From assembly GCA_964532465.1 (NCBI GenBank), contig CAZHHX010000019.1, positions 589 to 64,588 on the forward strand: a DNA stretch of 64,000 nt, in the 5' to 3' direction. This document shows, piece by piece, positions 47,967 to 58,004 of this stretch. Origin of the DNA: an uncultured Syntrophorhabdaceae bacterium. Its GTDB lineage: Bacteria; Desulfobacterota; Syntrophorhabdia; Syntrophorhabdales; Syntrophorhabdaceae. The notes beneath the pieces were generated by a model that was given only the letters and a program-made list of their open reading frames with translations, was not told the DNA's origin and made no database searches. Numbering within the stretch: the stretch's first letter is position 1; the number at the start of each line of letters is the position of its first letter. Made by a program: the position numbers and the translations under genes.

Positions 47967-48734
47967 TTATTTTGAACACTGCTTTAAGCTTTTCCTGTCT
48001 AAATATTGCTTTAATATATTTATTGAGCCGTCACTTATTGCGTCAACATCTATCGGCGTAATCGATGCGTAATCGTTTTCCACTGCATAAAAATCGGTGC
48101 CTTCTATCAAATCAAAACCGTGGCTATTCCCGCCTATCCAGTAATATTTCCCGCCCCTCGGGTCAATTCTTTCAACTACAGCATCATTATAAACCCTTTT
48201 TCCGAGCCTTGTCACCATAAAATCTTTTATATTTTCATAGGATATGTTGGGGATATTGATATTTAAAAATGTCCGGGCAAGGCAGGCGCTGCCCTTCATC
48301 ATGCCGATAATATCTTCGGTAATTCTGGCTGCATCGGCAAAACGATAATCTTTTCTTGCATTAATTGAAACAGCCAGAGAAGGTATGCCCAGAAAAGCTC
48401 CTTCCCTTGCTGCCGCAACAGTTCCTGAATAATTTATATCCTGACCCATATTGGGGCCCTTGTTGATTCCGGATATAATAAAATCAGGCGGTTGAGAAAA
48501 CAGCGTCCTTAGTCCAAGCAGGACGCAATCAACAGGTGTTCCATTCGAAGCAAAGACCCTGTCCCCTAAATCCTTCACACGTAAAGGCTTATGGAGAGTA
48601 ATCGCGTGTCCGACGCATGTTCTTTCCTTCTCAGGCGCCATAACATACACATCATGCTGCTTCAACAGGCATTCCCTGAGCAATACAAGCCCCTCCGAGT
48701 GAATACCGTCATCGTTTGTTAAAAGAATTTGCAA
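47967..48734 (-). CDS. surE: 5'/3'-nucleotidase SurE
   Basis: MQILLTNDDGIHSEG start and GINKGPNMG motif. Confidence 0.92.
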   Translation of the reverse strand: MQILLTNDDGIHSEGLVLLRECLLKQHDVYVMAPEKERTCVGHAITLHKPLRVKDLGDRVFASNGTPVDCVLLGLRTLFSQPPDFIISGINKGPNMGQDINYSGTVAAAREGAFLGIPSLAVSINARKDYRFADAARITEDIIGMMKGSACLARTFLNINIPNISYENIKDFMVTRLGKRVYNDAVVERIDPRGGKYYWIGGNSHGFDLIEGTDFYAVENDYASITPIDVDAISDGSINILKQYLDRKSLKQCSK

Positions 48735-48756
48735 GGGACACCTTAAAGAAATAGAA

Positions 48757-48832
48757 TCGGGGCGACGGGATTTGAACCTGCGGCCTCCTGCACCCCAAGC
48801 AGGTGCGCTAAACCATGCTGCGCTACGCCCCG
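48757..48832 (-). tRNA. tRNA-Pro (anticodon GGG)
   Basis: Hand-folded cloverleaf: acceptor stem CGGGGCG/CGCCCCG, D-stem GCGC/GCGC, anticodon stem CCTGC/GCAGG with loop TTGGGGT, and T-loop TTCAAAT. There is one A-C mismatch in the T-stem, and no CCA is encoded. Confidence 0.85.
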
Positions 48833-49038
48833 ATGTGTTAAATATTGCAGATATTTCTTAAAAAGTCCACTTAAAAAGACAACCCGCAGCCGCTCATAGA
48901 TAACTCACAATCTATTCTTTACAATAAACATTATGTTATATTAGATAGTTACATTTCTAACAGTCCTGTTGACAACCGATAATTATCATTTTAAAGAGAT
49001 TTTGCTCAAGTGACGGATCGTTATGCTATTGACAGCAC

Positions 49039-49962
49039 ATGGGTTATAAAATACGATTAATCATGAATACAGTCCCGGACAATGACAAAACCCTTCTTAT
49101 TCATCTCGGCGGGCTTGGGGATATGTGCCTTTCCGAGTCAACATTCCTTTCCCTATCAAGACACTTTGAAAGGGATATGGAAGCATTGGGATATACAAGA
49201 TTCCTCAAGCTCTTTGACGAATATTTTGCAGAAATTCACAGAATTGAATCGATAAAATGGCTTCATCTTTTTTCAGATCATTGTCATGATATCGTTTATA
49301 AACAGATCATATTTATCGGAAAGGACCGGGAAGGTAATTTACGAAAAAGATGGAAGGGTTTTTCCAGGGAACCTCTTATATTTATAGAGATGTATCCGGA
49401 AGACAGGTTAATGGCTCACAACTCAAAGCTTAAAAGTGAGGTCAATAAAAAACATGCTGCCAAGGATGTTCATGTTGAAGATTATCAGTTGGCACAACTT
49501 GCACAATATGGAATTCATCCAATTAAAAAAGAAATAAAACCTAAACCTTTAAGCCGGACAATTCTCTACCCTGAAAAAGGTTTTCAAAAGAACAAATGGC
49601 CTCTTGAAAACTTCATAGAACTCTATAATTTACTGAAATTAAAAGATATAAAAGTACATATCCTTGAATCTCTCGGCATGAACATAGATATTCCGGACAA
49701 AATATCTTTCCAGGAACTCTCTGATATCAAGGAATTTTTTTTGAATGGCGGCATATTTGTTTCCAACGATTCCGGCATGGCTCATTTTGCAGGAATGTGC
49801 GGTCTTTTTTCTCTTACAATTTTTATTGATTCCAACCCGCTTATATGGCATCCGAGAGGGCGTTTCCAGACATTCAGACAGGGCGCGGAGATAATAGCCA
49901 TATCTGTAATTGAAACTAAGATTATTGAACTGATGACTCAGAGTTTACAGCCTTCTGTTTAA
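49039..49962 (+). CDS. Glycosyltransferase family 9 (heptosyltransferase-like)
   Basis: LLIHLGGLGDMCLSESTFLSL N-terminal pattern and C-terminal SNDSGMAHFAG motif. Confidence 0.7.
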   Translation: MGYKIRLIMNTVPDNDKTLLIHLGGLGDMCLSESTFLSLSRHFERDMEALGYTRFLKLFDEYFAEIHRIESIKWLHLFSDHCHDIVYKQIIFIGKDREGNLRKRWKGFSREPLIFIEMYPEDRLMAHNSKLKSEVNKKHAAKDVHVEDYQLAQLAQYGIHPIKKEIKPKPLSRTILYPEKGFQKNKWPLENFIELYNLLKLKDIKVHILESLGMNIDIPDKISFQELSDIKEFFLNGGIFVSNDSGMAHFAGMCGLFSLTIFIDSNPLIWHPRGRFQTFRQGAEIIAISVIETKIIELMTQSLQPSV

Positions 49963-50003
49963 TAAATCGTTGTGATTCAAAATTCTTGGTGCTAAAATGA
50001 AAC

Positions 50004-51272
50004 ATGACCTATATAACAGACGTTTATCTGAGCGAAGTGCTGAAAAAAGATGTCATTGACCAGCATGGGAAAAGGATTGGTGCGCTTTGGGACCTCGTGA
50101 TTGTCCCCGGAGCCAGATTCCCCGGAGTGATCAAGCTGGTACTGAAGAATAGAAAACAGTTAATCGAGGTTCCCGCTACAGATGTCCATCTCTTTAACAA
50201 ATTTGTCATTGCGATTAACCTGTCGGAAAAACCCCTTGCCCATTACAGGCATCACGAAGGAGATATCCTGATAAAAAGACATATTCTCGATAAGCAGATA
50301 CTCGATGTAAACGGCGCAAAGGTAGTAAGAGTGAACGATTTAAAACTTGGCGAGAGTGACGGCATTGTCTGTATAGTGGGTATTGATGTGGGCCTCAACG
50401 GAATACTTCGAAGAATAGATGGTGGACAGACAGTTCAAAAAACTTTTGAGCTTTTTAAAAAACCCATTAAAGAACATATTATCGATTGGAATTTTCTCCA
50501 GACTATTGACCCTCATTTGAGGAATTTAACCTTAAACGTTGCAAGAAAACAGCTTGGCGAACTCCATCCGTCAGATCTTGCCCAGATTCTGAGTGAGATT
50601 CCGCCGGAAGAAGGAACGTTGCTGCTCTCATCCGTTGATGAAGAACTGGCAGGGGAAGCGCTCCACGAAGTCTCAATAGAGGTAAGAGAAAAGATTTTCC
50701 AGGAAATGGATAAGGAGATGATATCGGACATCCTTGAAGAGATGCCCCCGGATGAGGCTGCGGATATATTGGGAGATATGCCTGAAGAGGCCTCCGAGGA
50801 ACTTCTGTCGCTTATGGAAAGCGAAGAAGCAACAGAGGTAAAAGATCTGTTGAGCTACGAGGAAGATACTGCAGGCGGCTTAATGACAAGTGAATTTCTT
50901 GATTTTTCGCCGGACATGACAATAGATGAAGTGCTGGCAAACATCAGACTTCTTGCTCCTGATGTTGAATTTATATATTACATCTATGTAGTAGATAATA
51001 ATGACCATCTGCTTGGCGTTCTGACCTTAAAAAAACTCCTTACAAGTCCGTTATACGCAAAATTGGAAGATATCATGACACAGAATGTAAAATTTGTACG
51101 CATTGAAGATGAGCGGCAGGACATAGCGGAAATTATATCAAAGTACGACTTTATCGCGATCCCCGTTATTGGCGAAGACGATAAGATAAAAGGCGTCATC
51201 ACCGTAGATGATATTATCGACCTCCTTGTACCAAACCCCATAAGGAAAAAAAAGAGAAGGGCCTTCCAGTAA
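50004..51272 (+). CDS. Soluble PRC-barrel + MgtE-N + CBS-pair protein (no MgtE membrane domain)
   Basis: An acidic MgtE_N-like region (EMPPDEAADILGDMPEE) is followed by a CBS pair. The ORF ends at KKKRRAFQ with no TM segments. Confidence 0.7.
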   Translation: MTYITDVYLSEVLKKDVIDQHGKRIGALWDLVIVPGARFPGVIKLVLKNRKQLIEVPATDVHLFNKFVIAINLSEKPLAHYRHHEGDILIKRHILDKQILDVNGAKVVRVNDLKLGESDGIVCIVGIDVGLNGILRRIDGGQTVQKTFELFKKPIKEHIIDWNFLQTIDPHLRNLTLNVARKQLGELHPSDLAQILSEIPPEEGTLLLSSVDEELAGEALHEVSIEVREKIFQEMDKEMISDILEEMPPDEAADILGDMPEEASEELLSLMESEEATEVKDLLSYEEDTAGGLMTSEFLDFSPDMTIDEVLANIRLLAPDVEFIYYIYVVDNNDHLLGVLTLKKLLTSPLYAKLEDIMTQNVKFVRIEDERQDIAEIISKYDFIAIPVIGEDDKIKGVITVDDIIDLLVPNPIRKKKRRAFQ

Positions 51273-51331
51273 AATCAAAACAGACAGCAACAAAAAGGCT
51301 ATCCCCCCGCCTCTATTAATGTTTACAGTTT

Positions 51332-51428
51332 ATACCAAGCCGCTGTCAAACATTATAAGTCTAATTTGCCGGGCATAATACCAAGTAAGCTTTCAAATAT
51401 TCATTGTTTATTGAAAACAACTTGGTAT
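51332..51428 (-). repeat. Dispersed repeat family 2, copy B (3'-end hairpin element)
   Basis: Aligns with 14869-14970. It abuts the stop codon of the minus-strand gene 51428-52741. Confidence 0.8.
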
Positions 51429-52741
51429 TATTTCTTTATTGTATCAAGGAGTCTTAATATATCCCTGGCTTCTTGCGAATTAATTCCATACTTTGTTACG
51501 GCTTTTTCAAAATTGCTTCTTGCGAGATGTTGTTTGCCTGTCTCAAGATAATACCACCCCAGATATTCGAACCCTTTAGCCTGGTTGCCGCCTCTTCCCA
51601 TCAGCATTCCATACCGCTGATATATCTCAGGATAAATCTTACCGTACTGCAATAATCCGTTTAAAACTTCCAGCGCCGCTCCTCTGTCTCCGTAACCTTC
51701 ATAGGCCTTTGCAAGAAAAAAACGGGATATAGGGGAAGTTTCGCCCCTTAAAACACTAATGGCATCCTCAAATTGACGGGCATTCACCAGGATTTCTCCA
51801 AGGAGCAGACTTCTGTAAGGCGAATTTATACTTTTTACAATACGGACAGAATCGCTTGCGTTGCCTATGAATGAGTACATAAGGGATATCCCGTATATTG
51901 TTAACGGATCATTAATATCTTTCCTGTATTTGTTCACCCATGTATCTCTCATTCCTTCCGTAAGAGGACTGTGAAGCACTTTGGTTCTTACCAACAGATA
52001 AGGAAAAAAAGCGCCGTCTATACGCGACTTACTTCCTGCCCAGGCTTTTTCAATTTTGACAATACGCTCTTCATGATAGGGGTGAGTCAGGAGATATTGC
52101 GGCAATGCCTTGTCGCCTCCTCCTGATCTCAATTTCTTTAAAAAATCAGCCGTGCCAAGGGCGCCATATCCGGCTTTATCTGCAATAGACGCGCCAACCC
52201 TGTCGGCTTCGTCTTCATCTTCACGTGAGTATTTGAGAGACAACGCCATGGCAGAAGCGCTTCCGGTTGCAAGTATCGTTGATTTCGCTTTCGGGTCAGG
52301 AATCAACATCCCTGCCATAAGAGCGGCTAACATACCAATATTGATATATTTGTCTTTCTCCAAACGCTTCGCAATATGCCTTTTTGCGTTATGGGCAAAC
52401 TCGTGAGCAATTACTCCGGCTACTTCTTCCTCCTTATCGCACATCCCGATAAGCCCGGTTGTCAGGTATACATAACCGCCGGGTGTGGTAAAAGCATCAA
52501 CCGAAGTCGATTCTATAACGGTAAGCACCATGGGAAATGGTAAATTTGCCGCGGCTTCAAGGTTGTCTTTTATATTGCCCAAATATATGGAGATATACGG
52601 ATCAGTATTAACAGCTACGGAATTGGCTATCTGAAGGTATACTTCCTGTCCGTATTTCCTTTCTTCCTCAAGCGTTAAACCATACAGTTGCATTGGAAGA
52701 AATAATATGAGGAATATTATTACAGAATATCTGAATTTCAT
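51428..52741 (-). CDS. M48-family Zn metalloprotease with C-terminal TPR region (BepA-like)
   Basis: Signal peptide, HEFAH zinc motif and TPR-like C-terminal half. Confidence 0.8.
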   Translation of the reverse strand: MKFRYSVIIFLILFLPMQLYGLTLEEERKYGQEVYLQIANSVAVNTDPYISIYLGNIKDNLEAAANLPFPMVLTVIESTSVDAFTTPGGYVYLTTGLIGMCDKEEEVAGVIAHEFAHNAKRHIAKRLEKDKYINIGMLAALMAGMLIPDPKAKSTILATGSASAMALSLKYSREDEDEADRVGASIADKAGYGALGTADFLKKLRSGGGDKALPQYLLTHPYHEERIVKIEKAWAGSKSRIDGAFFPYLLVRTKVLHSPLTEGMRDTWVNKYRKDINDPLTIYGISLMYSFIGNASDSVRIVKSINSPYRSLLLGEILVNARQFEDAISVLRGETSPISRFFLAKAYEGYGDRGAALEVLNGLLQYGKIYPEIYQRYGMLMGRGGNQAKGFEYLGWYYLETGKQHLARSNFEKAVTKYGINSQEARDILRLLDTIKK

Positions 52742-53745
52742 TAAGTGCTTTTGGCTATTGTTTTATTCTTTTGTTGATATTTATGCTTTTTGAACTTGTT
52801 TTTTGATGTTGGTTTTATATCTTTCTTCGATTTGTAAGAGGTGAGAGCAACAGAGTTTTTTGCCGCCTTTTTCTTCGTTGCCGTTCTTATCTGTTTATTG
52901 CGCTCCTTTTCTTTGTATGAAGCAAGAACGATGGGACTTGCTTTTGCCATTTTTATTTCTTTATCGGATGGTAGATCATTATAAACGTTTTTCAATATCA
53001 GTATCGCGTCGCCCCAAAGGTTGTTGCTGCCGAGTATAGACAGGATATACACTTTTCCATTCTTTTCAAATGCACCGACATAGCAATGCCTTGAGAGTCT
53101 TGTAAAACCTGTCTTTCCGGCTATGGTAGGCTCAAAACAAAAGAGGAGCCTGTTGTGATTCTTGTATTTTATATTTTGACTGCCCTTGTTGAAAAGGAAA
53201 TATTTCGTTGCCGATGTTTCCTTGAATGTTTCATTTGACAAGGCATACCGGAAGATCAATGCAAGGTCATAGCAGGTCGTATACTGACCATCAGCAAAAA
53301 GACCTGAGGCATTTCTGAATTGTGTATTCCGCGCGCCGATCTCCGCAGCTTTTTCAGTCATCATCTGTGCAAAACGGCCTTCTGAACCGCCAATATGTAC
53401 AGCAAGCGCATAGGCCGCATCATTCGCGGACTTAACAAGTGCGCCTTTTACCAAATCCATTGCTCTGTATTTTTTATCCGGGACAAGGTTCAATTTTGAT
53501 GCAGGGATTGCACTCACATTCCCGTCCGGCACTACCTGCTCCTCACCTGTAAGCTTCTCAATGGCTATGATAGCAGTCATCACCTTAGTCGTACTTGCAG
53601 GCGCCATTTTTGCGTGAAAATCCTTACCGGATATAACTTGAAAAGTCTCTTTTTCAACAAGCAGATAAGAAGCAGCGGTAATACCATCATTCGCTGTCAG
53701 TAACTGCGGGAAAAGGAGAAAAACAGCGAACAATAAATATATCAT
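52741..53745 (-). CDS. D-alanyl-D-alanine carboxypeptidase (peptidase S11) with Lys-rich C-terminal tail
   Basis: SxxK motif ASTTKVMT, SAND (SxN) and KTGFT (KTG). Confidence 0.85.
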   Translation of the reverse strand: MIYLLFAVFLLFPQLLTANDGITAASYLLVEKETFQVISGKDFHAKMAPASTTKVMTAIIAIEKLTGEEQVVPDGNVSAIPASKLNLVPDKKYRAMDLVKGALVKSANDAAYALAVHIGGSEGRFAQMMTEKAAEIGARNTQFRNASGLFADGQYTTCYDLALIFRYALSNETFKETSATKYFLFNKGSQNIKYKNHNRLLFCFEPTIAGKTGFTRLSRHCYVGAFEKNGKVYILSILGSNNLWGDAILILKNVYNDLPSDKEIKMAKASPIVLASYKEKERNKQIRTATKKKAAKNSVALTSYKSKKDIKPTSKNKFKKHKYQQKNKTIAKST

Positions 53746-53949
53746 GTTAGTTTATATAACATGTAACAGTATTTGACAACAAGTTTTTAGGATTTTTCAG
53801 GGAGTAGATCGAGGCGGGGCATTAAAAAAGGAGTGAAAACTGCGGGTATTTTTGATTGTTCTTTGGAAGATAATGGTTTTGATTTTATAAAGTCATATTC
53901 CACCGGCAAAGCCGGGGGCTGACCGGTTAATTTAAATTTATATCTTTTC

Positions 53950-54468
53950 TTATTTATTCACGCTCTTATATGCAGCAATAAAGCGGTCTGTCAGTACCCC
54001 CACGCTGTTACGGATTGAATTAAGAGTGCCGATGTTTGCGATGCCTGTCATATTAGTGGACCATGTATCTGCCATAGTCTTGATGGAAGGGCTTGTTTCA
54101 AGAGAAACAATCTGTTGCAGTTCTACTTTTATATCATAGGCATACCAGTATTTTTCGTATTCGTGCGTATTAACATTTATATAAAGAATAGGTCTTCCTG
54201 GAGCCTTAAGCCATTCTTCCTTTGTAAATGCTTTAATACCTGCTGATTTTAATTTTACCTCTACATCCTTCTGCATCTGTTCTTTTGTAACGCCTGCTTT
54301 TTGAGCATATTTCTGAATATTAGGTTGAATATTCTCCACAGTTATATATATGCCTTGCAGACCCTTCAATGTCTGTCGAGTAACCTCGGCATCCATTGTA
54401 TAAGCAGACGTATAGATTATTGATACAAAGAATACGATCAGTAAAACAAAGATTGATTTACTTTTCAT
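53950..54468 (-). CDS. Secreted hypothetical protein
   Basis: The ATG at 54468 follows GGGGGA. Signal-peptide-like MKSKSIFVLLIVFFVSIIYTSAYT. No family recognised. Confidence 0.55.
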   Translation of the reverse strand: MKSKSIFVLLIVFFVSIIYTSAYTMDAEVTRQTLKGLQGIYITVENIQPNIQKYAQKAGVTKEQMQKDVEVKLKSAGIKAFTKEEWLKAPGRPILYINVNTHEYEKYWYAYDIKVELQQIVSLETSPSIKTMADTWSTNMTGIANIGTLNSIRNSVGVLTDRFIAAYKSVNK

Positions 54469-54572
54469 AGCTGAATCCCCCTTCAAAAAGTTTTAATCTA
54501 TCCCGGAAACCTTGAACTCTGTGTTGGACGACAGTTCTTGTTGTTCAACACAGAGTTCATAATTCAAAATTG

Positions 54573-56549
54573 TTATTTAGTTTCTTCGTAGTGTTTTACA
54601 TATTTTTTCAGCAGTTCCCTCACCTTCCCGTCATTGCCGATGGAAGATTCAGCTATAAGTTGTCTGAACTCCTTCAGAATTTCTTCAATGTCCTCAAGGG
54701 AATACTTTTCACTGTTTTTTGCGATAAAAACTTTCTCGTGCTTACTTGACAACGTTCCTTCTTCAGCAGTAAGTATTTCTTCAAAAAGCTTTTCCCCTGG
54801 GCGCAAACCTGTAAATTCTATATCTATATCTTTATAAGGCTCCATACCGTGAATCCTTATTAATTCCTCAGCAATATCGGTAATCTTTACCGGCTCACCC
54901 ATATCAAGAACAAAGACTTCTCCGCCCTCTCCCATGGTGGACGCCTGTAACACAAGCGATACAGCCTCCGGAATAGTCATAAAATATCTTTTCATGTCCT
55001 TATGGGTTACCGTAAGCGGCCCGCCATGCTTCAACTGATCAAGAAAAAGCGGCAGAACACTACCTCTGCTCCCGAGCACATTACCAAAACGAACGGAGAT
55101 GAATTTGATAGTAGCAGATGGGTGATGGGTGATGGGTGATGGGCACTTATCCTCTAATTTGTAACCTATAGTCTCTGACCTCTGGCCTCTGTCGTTATTC
55201 ATAGCCTTACACACATACTCTGCCATTCTCTTCGTGGCGCCCATAATACTGGTGGGCTTCACAGCCTTATCGGTAGAGATCATAATAAACTTTTCAACTC
55301 CATACTCCACTGCTGTCTTTGCAAGATTATATGTACCAAAAATGTTTACCTTCACAGCCTCTTTCGGGTTGTATTCCATCATTGGCACATGCTTATAAGC
55401 AGCAGCATGGAAAACAATCTGAGGTTTAAATGCTTCAAAAACTTCCTTCAGCCTCATCTCATCCCTTACATCACCGGTTATGTAATGTATCTGTCCAGAT
55501 AAATGAGAAAACAGCCTGTTGAGTTTAAGTCCAAGATTATGCAATTCTGTCTCGTCAATATCGAAAAGGATTACCTCTTCAGGATGAAAAACACATACTT
55601 GCATGACAATTTCCAAACCAATCGACCCCCCGGCGCCAGTTAATAAAATTCTTTTTCCTTTGATAAAACTTTCTATTTCCCTGTAATCAACCAATACCTG
55701 TTCTCTGCCAATAACATCTTCTATGTTTATCTCTCTTATGTCGGCAACTGTAACGCTACAATTTTCTATAATTCTTCGTATATCGGGAACAACCTTTATA
55801 TCCTTTAATTCAGTTTTTCGTACAATTGCCATTATTCTTCTGGTTTCTTTGCTTGTTGCGGAAGGAATAGCAATCAGTATAGACTCAATATCAAGCTCAT
55901 CAACAAGTTTCGGTATATCAGCAGTATTTCCGAGCACCCTTATCCCTTGAATTGAACTCCCCCTCTTATCAAGATTGTCATCCAGAAAACCGATTGGTGT
56001 GTATTGGCTCTGGCTGTGACGACGCATATCCCGTGCAATCAATTCACCGGCGCTGCCTGCACCGATAATCAACATTCTCTTCCCATCTCTTGCATATTTA
56101 TTAATAATATGAAAATAAACTCTTTTGGAAAATCTGAATAAACACACAAACAGCAAAGACAGTATATAGTCCAGCAATACAATAGACAAAGGCAATGCTT
56201 TATAATTATTGCCTGGAGTGACCAAAAAAACGGTCAATAAAATGCATACAGCACTTGCAGATAATGCCTTTACAATATCGATAAGTTCATGAATTCCTGA
56301 AAAAGCCCATGAAACCGTATAAAGCCTGAAAAGAAATAAAAGCATAATCTTTATTACTAAAAAAATCGGGATATACAAAAACAAGTTATATTGTAATGGG
56401 ATAGTCCAATCGAATTTAATTAAAAAGGAAAAGTATAATGCCAATGAAAGAAAAGCAAAATCTCCAAAAATAAAGAAAATGATACGTCTATTGTAAGTTT
56501 TTTTTAACATATAGGTAGGTAGATTTTGTTTATCTTGCGCCCTTACCAA
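54573..56549 (-). CDS. Membrane-anchored polysaccharide biosynthesis protein CapD/WbpM/PglF-like (nucleotide-sugar 4,6-dehydratase)
   Basis: N-terminal TM helices, two Rossmann motifs (IIGAGSAG, LTGAGGSIG) and VRFGNVLGSRGSV. Confidence 0.85.
   Translation of the reverse strand: MVRAQDKQNLPTYMLKKTYNRRIIFFIFGDFAFLSLALYFSFLIKFDWTIPLQYNLFLYIPIFLVIKIMLLFLFRLYTVSWAFSGIHELIDIVKALSASAVCILLTVFLVTPGNNYKALPLSIVLLDYILSLLFVCLFRFSKRVYFHIINKYARDGKRMLIIGAGSAGELIARDMRRHSQSQYTPIGFLDDNLDKRGSSIQGIRVLGNTADIPKLVDELDIESILIAIPSATSKETRRIMAIVRKTELKDIKVVPDIRRIIENCSVTVADIREINIEDVIGREQVLVDYREIESFIKGKRILLTGAGGSIGLEIVMQVCVFHPEEVILFDIDETELHNLGLKLNRLFSHLSGQIHYITGDVRDEMRLKEVFEAFKPQIVFHAAAYKHVPMMEYNPKEAVKVNIFGTYNLAKTAVEYGVEKFIMISTDKAVKPTSIMGATKRMAEYVCKAMNNDRGQRSETIGYKLEDKCPSPITHHPSATIKFISVRFGNVLGSRGSVLPLFLDQLKHGGPLTVTHKDMKRYFMTIPEAVSLVLQASTMGEGGEVFVLDMGEPVKITDIAEELIRIHGMEPYKDIDIEFTGLRPGEKLFEEILTAEEGTLSSKHEKVFIAKNSEKYSLEDIEEILKEFRQLIAESSIGNDGKVRELLKKYVKHYEETK
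55117..55191. repeat. 75-nt cassette of two heptamer arrays inside the CapD-like CDS
   Basis: GATGGGT x4 with the last unit imperfect (55117-55144), a 26-nt spacer, then NYCTCTG x3 (55171-55191). The total of 75 nt equals 25 codons. Confidence 0.9.
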
Positions 56550-57915
56550 ACATCACTACTCTGACTGTACGCAGTAATATATGAAAATCAAGAAAAGGTG
56601 AAAGATTCTTGATATAGAACAGGTCATACTTGAGTTTCTGAAGAGCATCTTCAACGGATACGCCATGTTGGTAATTTACCTGCGCCCATCCAGTGATGCC
56701 AGGCTTTACAGAATGGCGCAACGAAAAATATGGCACTTTTGCCTCGAACTGCTCAACCTCCTCCAACATCAATGCCCTTGGTCCGATTACGTTCATCTCA
56801 CCCTTGAGCACATTCCACATCTGGGGTATCTCGTCTACCCTGGAAAGCCTTAATATGCGGCCTATTCTTGTAATTCGAGGATCATCTTTCTTCCCAGCAA
56901 ACTCTCTATTACTATCTGTTCCTATTTTCATTGTCCTGAATTTTATCACTTCGAAAAGTATCCTATTCAAGCCAACCCTTTTTTGCCTGAAAAAAATGGG
57001 ACCTTTTGAATCGAGTTTTATTGCAATCATAGTTATCAACAATAATGGCAGGCTAATTGCAAGGAAACCAGATGAAAGAATTATGCTTATTATCCTTTTT
57101 ATCCTTCTATTGTAGACATTCCTTTTAACTCCATACAATGGCATATTCAAAAACCACAGATCATCCAGCCACTCAACCTGTATTTTCCCCAGCATTTCTT
57201 CGCAGTAGGAGGGCATGTCATAAACATTTATTCCATTGATCTTACATTTTAAAATGCTTCTCAGCAAAATATTATTCTTAATATTTTTTATAGCAATTAT
57301 GATATTGTCAATGTGTTCATTTTGTACTATCTGCTCTATCATTGCATAATCACCCAATAAATTAGGCAATTTATGCCTTCCGTGTCTGTCCGGATCATCA
57401 TCAATAAAACCTGCGATTCTGCATGAAGGATCATTCTTTATTATTTTATAAATGCTTTCCCCTGTCCTGCCAGCTCCAACAATTAATATATTCTTTTGCT
57501 TGGAAATGTATTTTCTAAATACTATCTCAAATGTTAATCTCCATAAAAAAGTCAGAATAAATGTTAAAACACTGTTGACAATAAATATACCCCGAGTCAA
57601 TTCAATTCTTGGAAAAAAAGAAAAAATAACCAAGGTTACTCCAGTTGCAACAGTTGTACCTGCAAAAAACCTATATATATATCCAGTAGTTGTAAATTTG
57701 CTCTCAAAACTATATAAATCTCCGATATAAAAACAGCTTACATATATGAAAATAACTAATATAACTTCATGCAATGACTGGAAAGGGTCAAAGACAAGCA
57801 CTCTGAAATAAACAATGGGCGATAAAAGATATGCACCATAAACCAGAAGTATATCCCCGAACAACAATAACAGTTTCTTTTTAGGTATGTGATTCAGCAT
57901 GTTTCTAAATTCCAA
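56530..57915 (-). CDS. Polyprenyl-phosphate glycosyl-1-phosphate transferase (WbaP/EpsB-type, PEP-CTERM-associated-like)
   Basis: N-terminal TM block, central Rossmann-like region and C-terminal bacterial sugar transferase domain (SVKPGITGWAQVN). Confidence 0.85.
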   Translation of the reverse strand: MEFRNMLNHIPKKKLLLLFGDILLVYGAYLLSPIVYFRVLVFDPFQSLHEVILVIFIYVSCFYIGDLYSFESKFTTTGYIYRFFAGTTVATGVTLVIFSFFPRIELTRGIFIVNSVLTFILTFLWRLTFEIVFRKYISKQKNILIVGAGRTGESIYKIIKNDPSCRIAGFIDDDPDRHGRHKLPNLLGDYAMIEQIVQNEHIDNIIIAIKNIKNNILLRSILKCKINGINVYDMPSYCEEMLGKIQVEWLDDLWFLNMPLYGVKRNVYNRRIKRIISIILSSGFLAISLPLLLITMIAIKLDSKGPIFFRQKRVGLNRILFEVIKFRTMKIGTDSNREFAGKKDDPRITRIGRILRLSRVDEIPQMWNVLKGEMNVIGPRALMLEEVEQFEAKVPYFSLRHSVKPGITGWAQVNYQHGVSVEDALQKLKYDLFYIKNLSPFLDFHILLRTVRVVMFGKGAR

Positions 57916-58004
57916 AAAGAAAAAATTTACTTAAGACCAACTCAAAACAATTATATTTGTTATAATAATCTTTCTAATCAAAAATACTATTAATTCTCGA
58001 TATT

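Noticed and set aside
48757-48832. tRNA-Pro as an integration site for a genomic island.
   Set aside because: There is no integrase, no direct repeat of the tRNA 3' end, and ordinary housekeeping genes flank it on both sides.
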